Assembly (NCBI GenBank): GCA_963662665.2
Contig: CAXXJS010000011.1
Coordinates: forward strand, 1-64,000
DNA: 64,000 nt
Direction: 5' to 3'
DNA from: Candidatus Latescibacterota bacterium
GTDB lineage: Bacteria > Latescibacterota > UBA2968 > GCA-2709665
A program made the translations under genes and the position numbers. Below the pieces are notes generated by a model. That model was not told where the DNA came from, did not search any database, and worked only from the letters and a program-made list of their open reading frames with translations. Positions 49,010-57,528 of this stretch are shown here, one piece after another; the first letter of the stretch is position 1; the number at the start of each line of letters is the position of its first letter.

Positions 49010-49297
49010 CTATTCGCCGCCTCCGACGAACGCGCCGTGTTTCGCCTCCGTTTCCCACGCGCCGCGATAGTCCAGCTTGTCGTCTCCGCCGCACATCAGC
49101 AGCGTTCCGCCCGGACGGGGTTTTCGCTGATTTCTGCAGCCGAATCTGGCCGTACACTCGTCGAAACGGTTCTTGTACGGGCAGCGCACGGTGGAGAGTT
49201 CATCGGCATGGGCAATCATGCCCGCGAAGAGTTCCGTGATCCTGTCAAGTCGCTTCTGATATTCCTCTTTGTCGATTTTCCGCACGGTTTGGCTCAC
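49010..49297 (-). CDS. Hypothetical 95-aa four-cysteine protein
   Basis: GTG start overlaps the corrinoid protein stop (GTGA); stop lies 5 nt before the RACo ATG; RCPYKNRFDECTARFGCRNQ...LMCGGDDKLDY. Confidence 0.7.
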   Translation of the reverse strand: MSQTVRKIDKEEYQKRLDRITELFAGMIAHADELSTVRCPYKNRFDECTARFGCRNQRKPRPGGTLLMCGGDDKLDYRGAWETEAKHGAFVGGGE

Positions 49298-50064
49298 GCG
49301 TTCAGGTTGGTCTCTTCCTTCATCTCGTCCAGCAGACGTTTGGCCAGGTCCACGCACGCCATCGCATCCTTGCCGTACCCGTCGGCGCCCATATCGTCGG
49401 CGAATTCCTGGGTGACGGGTGCGCCCCCCACCATAATTTTCACGTCTTCCCGCAAGTCGGCATCGATGAATGCCTCGATTGTTTTGCCCATGTTGGGCAT
49501 GGTTGTCGTCAGCAGCGCCGACATCCCCAAAAGCGGCGCGCCGTGTTCCTCCACGGCATCCATAAATTCGTCTTCCGACGTGTCCACTCCCAGATCGTGG
49601 ACGACAAAACCGGAGCCGCGAAGCATCATAATGCAGAGATTCTTTCCAATGTCGTGCAGGTCGCCCTTCACCGTGCCCATAATGACCGTCCCGATCGGCT
49701 CGATGCCCGACGCGGAGAGAATGGGTTCGATATAGGCCATGCCGGCTTTCATCGCCCGGGCGCAAGCCAGCACTTCCGGAACGAAGATGAAGTTCTCCCG
49801 AAACTTGATGCCCACAATTCCCATTCCGGCGATCAGCCCGTCGTCCATGACCTCCAGCGCTTCGGTGCCGGCATCCAGGGCGCCTTTGGTCAGCGCGTCG
49901 ACCTCATGATGGTCTCCGTCGATCAGTGCCGCGGCAATCGCCTGCATTTCGGGACTCACCCGGGCAAACGTGTCGATTGCCCGTTCCCGTTCGTCTTTCC
50001 GTTCAAGAAACTCTTCGATCTCATCACGGATGAATTCGTTTACGATATCAGAGATATCCGCCAT
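49294..50064 (-). CDS. Methyltransferase-cognate corrinoid (B12-binding) protein
   Basis: Cap domain GLIAGMGIVG.KF...FVPEV, B12 motif GDLHDIGKN, GMSALLTTT, MVGGAP, GADGY. Confidence 0.95.
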   Translation of the reverse strand: MADISDIVNEFIRDEIEEFLERKDERERAIDTFARVSPEMQAIAAALIDGDHHEVDALTKGALDAGTEALEVMDDGLIAGMGIVGIKFRENFIFVPEVLACARAMKAGMAYIEPILSASGIEPIGTVIMGTVKGDLHDIGKNLCIMMLRGSGFVVHDLGVDTSEDEFMDAVEEHGAPLLGMSALLTTTMPNMGKTIEAFIDADLREDVKIMVGGAPVTQEFADDMGADGYGKDAMACVDLAKRLLDEMKEETNLNA

Positions 50065-50079
50065 TACGTTCTCGCCCCT

Positions 50080-51132
50080 TTATCCTGCCGGCATCGCCCG
50101 CTCCCGGTGCCAGTCCCGCACAGCCCCGGGAATTTCCTTCAGGTTTTCGATGGACGTCTGCAACGGTATCGCGCACTCGGGACCAACGAGATGCACACCC
50201 GCGTCCAGATTCCTGATGACCTCCTGGCGGACCGCTTCAGGCCCTTTTGAAAACAGCGTTTCAGGATTGTTGATGTTGCCCACCAGCGAGATCCGCTCCG
50301 CGACCGCTTCCATGGATTCTCCGGGCTCGTTCTTCGAGTCGTAATGGAACGCGGACATCCCCGTCTGCGCGATATATTCCATCCGATCCACCGTCCGCCC
50401 GCAGATGTGCAGAATCAGCGGAATCGGAATTCGCTCCACGAACTCGATGTGCAGATCGCGCAGATACCGCTTGTAATACTCCCCGCTCACCAGGTCCCCG
50501 GTTGCGTGATCCGGCAGCGTGAGTGCATCCGCACCCGCTTCGATCTGCGCCACACCGAAGTCCACCGTTACTTCCTTCATCCTGTCCAGGCATGCCTTCG
50601 TTTTGTCCGGGTCGTCCAGCGACATCAACAGAAAGGGTTCCACTCCGAAGCAGTGATATCCCAGCGACCACGGGCCCATTGTTTTCCCGATGACGGCCAC
50701 CTCATCCCCGAATTCCTTTTTCAGAATCCGGATCGCATCCAACACGCACTTCGTATCCTGGTGCGTGAGAAGGCCGGGGGGAACCTGAATGTCGTCCACG
50801 TCTTCCCAGATGGGCTCGCGCATCTTCACGGTGGGCCAGTTGTCTTTCTGCTCCCATTGAATCCTGCAACCCAGCGCCGACGACTCCTGGATAATCGTGA
50901 ATACGGGCATGATCGAGTCGAACCCCAACTCCGTATGTCCGGTGGCGGCCAGCCGCGCCATCAATTCCGGGTTCCGGTTCGCATCCGGGAAAGGCGCGTC
51001 CACGAGATCCATCAATTCCACAGTTGCCACCGACGTTGGATTGCACACGGGCGTCCGGTCTACCGGCTCTCTGTTCAGCGCCGCCAGAACGCGCTCGCGG
51101 CAGGTCATTGGACCCACTGTTTGAGTCCCCAT
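50080..51132 (-). CDS. MtaA/CmuA family methyltransferase (UroD fold)
   Basis: MTCRERVLAAL...VDRTPV, ESSALGC, GPWSLG, QIEAGAD, Zn ligands LHICG and GPECA, GNIN; RBS CAGGAG. Confidence 0.9.
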   Translation of the reverse strand: MGTQTVGPMTCRERVLAALNREPVDRTPVCNPTSVATVELMDLVDAPFPDANRNPELMARLAATGHTELGFDSIMPVFTIIQESSALGCRIQWEQKDNWPTVKMREPIWEDVDDIQVPPGLLTHQDTKCVLDAIRILKKEFGDEVAVIGKTMGPWSLGYHCFGVEPFLLMSLDDPDKTKACLDRMKEVTVDFGVAQIEAGADALTLPDHATGDLVSGEYYKRYLRDLHIEFVERIPIPLILHICGRTVDRMEYIAQTGMSAFHYDSKNEPGESMEAVAERISLVGNINNPETLFSKGPEAVRQEVIRNLDAGVHLVGPECAIPLQTSIENLKEIPGAVRDWHRERAMPAG

Positions 51133-51167
51133 ATCCGATTCTCCTGTGCAAAACCCTGTTTGTGTTG

Positions 51168-51797
51168 CTATCGCTGCTCGCTGGGCGCGGCCAGTACGCC
51201 GCGGGACCCCGTCATTTCCTGCTCGCGGACCGCCGCCCGCACGTTGGGGGCGCGAACCAGGAGCAGTCCCACCGCCGCGTCGTGGGCGTATCCGCACGAA
51301 AACGCGACTGTATCCGGGCTTCGGGATTGCATTTCTCCAAGTTTGACCAGCCCGCCCGCAATTGCAGGGATCCTCCGCGCGCCGTCTTTCCCCTCCCCTT
51401 CCGCACCCACGCGGTACGTGCCGTCACCAAGGCCGGAGACGGTTATATTCAATCCTGATTTCCTGTCCTGGATCGTCAGCGGGCGAGCCTTGAGCTCGTT
51501 GCCGGATGCCAGCTTGCATGCCTCCAGAAAGACCCGCCGGCACGCCAGTTCGTGTACCTCTCCGCAGGGAAACCGCAGCAGCCCGTCTGGTGTCTGCCCC
51601 ATTCCGCCCAGCGCCACCATTGCGTTGGAGACAAATGCGATCCGCTGGTCGGCCCCCGCTCTTCCGCTGTACGTGTGTACGCGGTACTCGGGATCCCCAT
51701 CACGCTCCAGCCGGTAAAGCCCGATTGTGATTTCATGAAAGTGCAGATCCATCGGCACCAGTTCGATGCGCGTTCCGATATCGAGTGTTCGGCCCAT
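51168..51797 (-). CDS. Hypothetical 209-aa protein with an internally duplicated FxCGxxH motif
   Basis: RBS GGAGG; first gene of the operon; repeats YRV...RI...LGGM...FPCGEVH and YRV...RI...LGEM...FSCGYAH. Confidence 0.75.
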   Translation of the reverse strand: MGRTLDIGTRIELVPMDLHFHEITIGLYRLERDGDPEYRVHTYSGRAGADQRIAFVSNAMVALGGMGQTPDGLLRFPCGEVHELACRRVFLEACKLASGNELKARPLTIQDRKSGLNITVSGLGDGTYRVGAEGEGKDGARRIPAIAGGLVKLGEMQSRSPDTVAFSCGYAHDAAVGLLLVRAPNVRAAVREQEMTGSRGVLAAPSEQR

Positions 51798-51864
51798 CGC
51801 GCCATCCTCCGGCAAGTTTTCTCTTGACAGCAGGTAACCCGGTCTGTTCCTTTATTGATATGAT

Positions 51865-51880
51865 GATGGTCAGACCAATT
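51865..51880. promoter_or_regulatory. FadR-subfamily (PdhR/LldR-like) operator
   Basis: GA-TGGTCAGACCA-ATT palindrome, 70 bp upstream of the operon, beside a divergent FadR gene; weaker site AGGTTAACCCAATT at 51890. Confidence 0.75.
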
Positions 51881-51943
51881 GCAAATATAAGGTTAACCCA
51901 ATTGGGGACCTTTGTAAAGCGAAAACTTTCGGCCGTGACGAGC

Positions 51944-52050
51944 GGGCGGTTCGCGAACCGCCCCTACGATTACCTGACGTCCTTGAAATCGATATCGCCG
52001 TCCCACGTGCCAACCTTGTATTTCCAGGGTCAACCCCTGTGGTTGCCCGC
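51944..52050. repeat. REP-like palindromes
   Basis: GGGCGGTTCGCGAACCGCCCCTAC (51944-51967) and CAGGGTCAACCCCTGTGGTTGCCC (about 52025-52048). Confidence 0.6.
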
Positions 52051-52214
52051 CGTTTTGGGATTTCTGCCCTCTCCCGGCTCACGTCTTCCCGCCTCTTGCC
52101 TTTCCCTTCGTGTCTCCGTGTGAGGCCGGTTTTCGTGGTTTTTCCGGTCTTGGGTTTTTATCCTGTCGATCCCGTCCATCCATGTAAGTCACTGATTCAT
52201 ATAGGAAAGATCGC

Positions 52215-52982
52215 GTGAACCTGAAACGCCCTACCCCGGCACTCGAACAGATGACACCCGTCAGGCGCACGTCGCTGAGCGATGAAATCGTCGGCCAGAT
52301 CATCGATCTGATTTCCCGGGACGTGCTGAAACCCGGCGATCGGCTGCCGCCGGAACGAAGCCTTTGCAAACAGTTCGGGGTCGGCCGGACCTCCCTCAGG
52401 GAAGCCCTCCGCACGCTCTCAGTAATGGGTATCCTGGAACCCCGGATCGGCGAGGGTACGTTCGTGTGCGACAACAGCGGCCGATACCTGGAAAAATCCC
52501 TGAGTTGGGGCCTGCTGCTGGACCCGAAGGAAATCACCGACCTCGTGGAGACCCGGCTCATGCTGGAATCCCGAAATGCATTCCTGGCCGCGGGGCGCGC
52601 CACGGAAGCCGACCTTCGGGAACTCGACCGGACAATCGGCGGAATCGAAGCATCGCTGGACCAGCCCGGCGAGTTTCTGGAATTCGACGTTCGGTTCCAT
52701 CTGGCCGTTGCCCGGGCGACCCAGAATTCGATTCTCCGCAACCTCCTTGTGATGATACGCAACTACCTTCAGGAGTGGATAAGGGCCAGCCTGGAGGAAC
52801 CCGCAACCCATACGGTGGAGGTGCGGGCCCGGATGTCGGTGGACGAGCATGGAAGAATCCTGCGCGCCATCCGGAAACGCGATGCAGAAGCCGCGCAGCG
52901 GGCCATGGAGGAGCACATTCTGTCCAGCAGCGTGGACCTTCGGGCGCGCCTCGAAGAAGATTCCGAGACCCGATCGGAATGA
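52215..52982 (+). CDS. GntR family transcriptional regulator, FadR subfamily (HTH + FCD)
   Basis: LKPGDRLPPERSLCKQFGVGRTSLREAL, GEGTFV, R..LE, D.RFH...TQNS, EH..I..AI. Start could be 52251. Confidence 0.93.
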   Translation: MNLKRPTPALEQMTPVRRTSLSDEIVGQIIDLISRDVLKPGDRLPPERSLCKQFGVGRTSLREALRTLSVMGILEPRIGEGTFVCDNSGRYLEKSLSWGLLLDPKEITDLVETRLMLESRNAFLAAGRATEADLRELDRTIGGIEASLDQPGEFLEFDVRFHLAVARATQNSILRNLLVMIRNYLQEWIRASLEEPATHTVEVRARMSVDEHGRILRAIRKRDAEAAQRAMEEHILSSSVDLRARLEEDSETRSE

Positions 52983-52990
52983 AACGCTAA

Positions 52991-53181
52991 CCTTGATTCG
53001 CAATTCTTCGGGGAAGTAAAACCGAATATGTGCAAGTAGATAAAGGCGATTTAACTTCTGATTACCAGGATACACCAGGTCACTGGACGTGAACTGAAAA
53101 AACGTCCTTTTGGACGACCGTTACGCCCCGGTTCAGGGGTTTTCGTCGCGTCGCATAGTTGCAGTTTTATTCGGTTTGCGG
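52991..53181 (+). mobile_element. Non-autonomous MITE, IS1380-like ends, copy 2 (191 bp)
   Basis: Flanked by CTAA on both sides (52987-52990, 53182-53185); near-identical to copies 1 and 3. Confidence 0.8.
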
Positions 53182-54039
53182 CTAATCGCCCGGTACGTAC
53201 CGCGCCAACGTCTTCGAGAATCCCTCGTCTTCCAGCGATTCGGCCATGCGTACGCCTGCCGCGGAGGCTGAATCCCTGGTCAGACTGTCCGCGTTTCCCA
53301 TCAGCACGCCGACTCCCGCCGCCCTCAGCATCGGAAGATCGTTGTCCCCGTCTCCAATCGCAAGCGACTGAGAAAGCGAGACGCCGCACGCATCGCAGAT
53401 CTCGCGCAACGCCACCGCCTTGTTCACCTCCGGATGCATGATTTCTATCCGGTCGTCTCCCGTGCGCGCCAGGTAGAACCGTTGTCCGAACGCGGAACCC
53501 ATCTCCTCGAACACCTCTTCCCGTCGTTGCGGGCCCGGCAACACGATCATTTTGGGGGGCGGAACGAACGCCCGCGCCCTGGCCAACAGGTCCGCGTCGA
53601 GTACGATATTCACACCGGTCATTTGTACCAGATTCCCAATCCACTCCGTCTTCTCGTCGGTCAGATAAGCCTCGTTGAGTCCGCGTCCAACGGCCTCGCA
53701 CCTGCAGTAGATGAAATTCAACCGCCAATCGCCAATAAAATCCAACAGGGCAGATAGTCCATCCCCCGGCAATCGCCGCTCGTGCAACAACGGCCGCTCG
53801 TTATCCGCCCCATTTCCCAGCACGATGGCCCCATTGTAGCTCCCCACGTGCAGCGGCGGTCTCAGATCGGGCAAAAACGGCGCCAGGCTCTTCCCCACGT
53901 TTCGGCCGCTGATCGACGCCATCGCGATGCCGGCTCGTGCCAGCCGCCGTAGCGCCTCGACAGACTCGCTTGACATCCGGCCCCGATCGTCGAGCAGCGT
54001 GCCATCCAGATCAAACGCCACGAGCCGCACGTCACCCAT
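53182..54039 (-). CDS. Cof-type HAD-IIB family phosphatase
   Basis: LVAFDLDGTLL, ISGR, YNGA, VNKA, AIGDGDNDLPML, MGNA. Confidence 0.92.
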   Translation of the reverse strand: MGDVRLVAFDLDGTLLDDRGRMSSESVEALRRLARAGIAMASISGRNVGKSLAPFLPDLRPPLHVGSYNGAIVLGNGADNERPLLHERRLPGDGLSALLDFIGDWRLNFIYCRCEAVGRGLNEAYLTDEKTEWIGNLVQMTGVNIVLDADLLARARAFVPPPKMIVLPGPQRREEVFEEMGSAFGQRFYLARTGDDRIEIMHPEVNKAVALREICDACGVSLSQSLAIGDGDNDLPMLRAAGVGVLMGNADSLTRDSASAAGVRMAESLEDEGFSKTLARYVPGD

Positions 54040-54074
54040 ATTCCAAACCTCTCCTCGACACGCCGCAACCCCCG

Positions 54075-55091
54075 TCAAAACTCCGTGACCACCTTCGCGG
54101 GCTTTCCGGTTTCGATCGATTCCGCCACCGCGAAACACGCCGCCATTGTCCGTGCCCCGTCCTTGACGTCAATCATCGGGGTCTCGCCCGTGTCAAGGCA
54201 GTGCAGGAAATGCGCCAGTTCCTCGGCGCACGCGTGAACCTCGCCCAATACCGGAAACGGAATGTCCGCAAATGCCTCAATTTCTCCGAACTCCTTCAGA
54301 TAAAGCCGGTTCTCCTCCACCGTACCCTCGGTTCCATACAGATTGAACGTCATCGAATACGGCCGGGGCGCACCCACGGATACCAGGCACTTCCCAATCG
54401 CACCGTTCCTGAACTTTAACGACGCGATCACCGTATCGTGCCAGTCCACGTGGTGCAGAACCTTCGTGACGCCGTAGGCCGACACTTCCTCCAATTCCCC
54501 CACGATCCAGCGCATCAGGTCCAGCGGGTGACACGCCCCGCCGATCACCGCGAATTGTCCCTCACCCGGGTGCCGCCACCACTGGTGGCCCGGACCCCGA
54601 AGGAACGGTTCCAGCGAATGGACGTAGTCCGACTCGCAGAAACAGGCTTCGCCGAGTTTGCCCGAATCGAACAGGTCCTTGACGGCCCGGTGCAGTTGCC
54701 TGAAACGCGCGCCGTGGCCCACCATCAACTGCCGGCCCGAACCTTCTACCGCGGCAACCATGCGGCGGCAATCCTTCAACGTGGTCGCCATCGGCTTTTC
54801 GCAGAGCACGTGCTTACCGGCCTCCAGCGCGGCAACGGCCTCGTCGGCGTGCAGCCGGTTGGGCGTACACAGATAGATCACGTCGACCGCTTCATCGGAG
54901 ACAATCTCCGCGTAATCCGTCGTCACCCTTTCGGCCCCGAATTCCGCCTTCATCTCCCGCAATCGACCCGCGCTGCGCTCCGATCCGCAGATCGCATGCA
55001 ACTTTGTATGCGGGTTCGCTGCTATCGCCTTGATATGTTCCAGGCCGATGTATCCTGTACCAACGACTGCGATTCCATATTCCGCTGCCAC
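54075..55091 (-). CDS. Gfo/Idh/MocA family oxidoreductase
   Basis: IAVVGTGYIG, TPNRLH, GKHVLCEKPM, CHPLD. Confidence 0.92.
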   Translation of the reverse strand: MAAEYGIAVVGTGYIGLEHIKAIAANPHTKLHAICGSERSAGRLREMKAEFGAERVTTDYAEIVSDEAVDVIYLCTPNRLHADEAVAALEAGKHVLCEKPMATTLKDCRRMVAAVEGSGRQLMVGHGARFRQLHRAVKDLFDSGKLGEACFCESDYVHSLEPFLRGPGHQWWRHPGEGQFAVIGGACHPLDLMRWIVGELEEVSAYGVTKVLHHVDWHDTVIASLKFRNGAIGKCLVSVGAPRPYSMTFNLYGTEGTVEENRLYLKEFGEIEAFADIPFPVLGEVHACAEELAHFLHCLDTGETPMIDVKDGARTMAACFAVAESIETGKPAKVVTEF

Positions 55092-55117
55092 GACAACGGT
55101 CCTTTCGGATAGTGCGT

Positions 55118-56161
55118 TCAGTCCGCCAGGGGCAGATGCACCACGCCGCCCCGTTCCACGGATCGGAAAACCGCCTCGGTAAACGCCATGTACTTCAGGC
55201 CGGCTTCAAAGGTGGTATCTCCGTGAGGCCCGCCCCGGATCGCGCTCACGAAATCCTGCTCCACGGTCCACTCTCGTGCCTCGGCGTCCGGTATCGGAAT
55301 CTCGGACAGCCCGCTGTCTCCGGCCCTCCCGCCCAGAATGGTATCGCTGTCCAGCTTGTAGATCAGGGTCCCCTCGCTGCCGTAGAGCTCCACCTGAGGA
55401 TCCACGCCAAACCGCGCCACCGAGGAAAACAGAAACGCGGCCTGCGCGCCGTTTTCCATCTGTCCCATAATATGCACCGAGTCGGGGCGCTCAACCGGCC
55501 CCGTGCCCTGGCCGCCGGCAAGCGGCCGGGCCCTGATAAACGTCTCCGCTTCCGCCGATACGGACTTCATCTGGCCGGCCCAGCGTTGCACGATTTCCAC
55601 CAGGATGCCCATATTCAGCGCGTTCAAACCGGAATACCGGTCAATCTGCCGCCAGTGCAGCGGCTGGTCCGGATCGCAATTGTCGCCGCTGAACGACCGT
55701 GTGTACACGTGGTAGATATCGCCCAGGTATCCCTCCCTGATCAGCCGGCGGATGAACCAGTCGCCCTTCATCGCCATCGGCGACGGGCAAATCTGCGTGA
55801 CCAGGCCCGTCTCCCGCGCCCTGGCGTACATGGCCTTCGCTTCGCGCAGGTTCATCGCCATCCGCGCCTGCACGAAGACGTGCTTTCCCGCGTCCAGAGA
55901 GGCCAGCACGTATTCGCAGTGCCGGTACGGCCACGTGCCAATCATCACGGCGTCCACGTCCTCACTGGAGATCAACGCGGTCGGATCCGTCATCAGTCTC
56001 GGAGACAGGCCGAATTCGCGCGCGATCGCGCCCGCGCTTGCCTCGCTCCGGTTGCAGATGGCAACTACCTCGGCGTTCCCGACCTTCGCCAACCCCGGAA
56101 AATGTCGGCTGCGAAAAATGCCGCCCGCGCCAATGACTCCGATACGTACCTTTTCGGACAT
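55118..56161 (-). CDS. Gfo/Idh/MocA family oxidoreductase
   Basis: RIGVIGAGGI, VAICNR, GTWPYRH, GKHVFVQARM. Confidence 0.88.
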   Translation of the reverse strand: MSEKVRIGVIGAGGIFRSRHFPGLAKVGNAEVVAICNRSEASAGAIAREFGLSPRLMTDPTALISSEDVDAVMIGTWPYRHCEYVLASLDAGKHVFVQARMAMNLREAKAMYARARETGLVTQICPSPMAMKGDWFIRRLIREGYLGDIYHVYTRSFSGDNCDPDQPLHWRQIDRYSGLNALNMGILVEIVQRWAGQMKSVSAEAETFIRARPLAGGQGTGPVERPDSVHIMGQMENGAQAAFLFSSVARFGVDPQVELYGSEGTLIYKLDSDTILGGRAGDSGLSEIPIPDAEAREWTVEQDFVSAIRGGPHGDTTFEAGLKYMAFTEAVFRSVERGGVVHLPLAD

Positions 56162-56227
56162 ATTTCCTCCTTTCGTGTTCGGTCACAAAATACGTCACTA
56201 TTCGGCCGGCGGCGGAGCCGTTTCCCG

Positions 56228-57517
56228 TCAAGGCACCGATGACCGCTCCCGATGCAACCGGTTCAGCAGCTCGACGGCCGCATCCGCGATCCGCTCGCCT
56301 GAACCCGGCGCATAGAGGGCGGCCTCGGGTTCGTAGCCGCCTTCCTTATAGGCCTGCTCATCGGGCAGATATCCAACGCTGTCGTTGGCCAGTTCAAGCA
56401 CCATCGTCTGCCCGAACGGAGACCGTTTCTTGATATCCAGCCCAAGTCTTACCAGCAGTTCTCCCGGCACGCCCACCAACGCCAGGTCTCCGATCCGTAG
56501 CGCCTGAACCCAGGTCCGCGCCTCCTCCGGTACTTCCGCCATACGGCGCAGAATCCGCCGGGCGAATGCCCGCTCCGCCATGGTTCCCCGTCCCTTTTCG
56601 TCGATATCACGGGCCCGTGCGATGTCCGCCCGCGAGGGGCGGGCTTTCCGTTGCAGCGCCACTTCTTCCAATGCGGCGCCAAGAGCCTGGTCATCGGCGA
56701 ACGCCATCCCGTTCCATGCCCAGAGGGCATGCGCCGCCACCAGCGCGGCGACCCGCTCGGTGTGCTGAAACCGGTCGTTGGCGCTACGGCTTCCGCCAAT
56801 GACGTCGTGATTGTTGATGTCGCCGGAGGCGCCGTTGGAAAGCGCTGCCGTAAACCGTTTGCCGCGCATCCGCTGGATGAGCCGCGAAAAGTACCCGAAA
56901 TAGTCCGCCGAGACCTCCCGCTCGTGGTCTCCCCCGCCCACGTAGTGCAACGTGTAGTTGCACAACAGTCCCGCGGGCGTGCCGTCCGGTTTCTGAAGGC
57001 AGAGTACGCCCACCTCCGGGTCCACGGGGCCCGCGGCCTCCATTACGTCCGGATTGCGGAGACCGGGGTTGGTCCGCACCGTGCCATCGGCCATGTGAAA
57101 ACGCCGGTTGAATACCGGCCGTTCCTCTTCCGCGCGCCCCCACCCCGCCACCACGGGTTCGCGCCCGCGCCAGGCCAGGCGCACGGAATCCGCAATCCGT
57201 TTCACGAGGAACTCCGTGTATGGGTCATTTCCCGTCTGGGCGCCCGAATGTGTATGCGTGCAGCAGATCAGCACCCGGTCGGGCGTCAGTCCGGTGGCGT
57301 CGGCGATGCGCGCCTTCGCCGCGTCCAGGTATGTCCGCGCCACACCGATCAGATCGCATACGACTATTGCGATTCCATCCCCGCCGCGCTCCAGCACGAG
57401 ACTTCGCACATTCAGCGGATCGTGGATCGCCTCAGCCCGGCGCTCGTGAAAAAGCCCCGGGATTAACGTCCCCAGTGGCGGCGTGATGTCCAGCGTGGTT
57501 GCGCCTCCGTTCAACAT
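56228..57517 (-). CDS. Neutral/alkaline ceramidase N-terminal-like amidohydrolase
   Basis: DITPP, IHDPL, CTHTHSG, FNRR, GPVDPE, SADYFG, GDINN, VPGE, LANDSVGY, GGYE. Confidence 0.75.
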   Translation of the reverse strand: MLNGGATTLDITPPLGTLIPGLFHERRAEAIHDPLNVRSLVLERGGDGIAIVVCDLIGVARTYLDAAKARIADATGLTPDRVLICCTHTHSGAQTGNDPYTEFLVKRIADSVRLAWRGREPVVAGWGRAEEERPVFNRRFHMADGTVRTNPGLRNPDVMEAAGPVDPEVGVLCLQKPDGTPAGLLCNYTLHYVGGGDHEREVSADYFGYFSRLIQRMRGKRFTAALSNGASGDINNHDVIGGSRSANDRFQHTERVAALVAAHALWAWNGMAFADDQALGAALEEVALQRKARPSRADIARARDIDEKGRGTMAERAFARRILRRMAEVPEEARTWVQALRIGDLALVGVPGELLVRLGLDIKKRSPFGQTMVLELANDSVGYLPDEQAYKEGGYEPEAALYAPGSGERIADAAVELLNRLHRERSSVP

Positions 57518-57528
57518 GGCATCTCCTC

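Noticed and set aside
47139-49157. 672-aa RACo with unusual extensions, or a RACo pseudogene
   Set aside because: The N-extension overlaps the four-Cys gene and the C-extension results from the T6 frameshift; all motifs are intact.
43414-51132. Methanogenesis or a full Wood-Ljungdahl pathway
   Set aside because: No mcr, mtr, acsB/C/D or CODH genes in the window; MtaA-fold and AcsE-fold proteins have wider roles.
52060-52195. Pyrimidine-rich short periodic repeats upstream of the FadR gene
   Set aside because: Low-complexity intergenic repeats with no supportable function.
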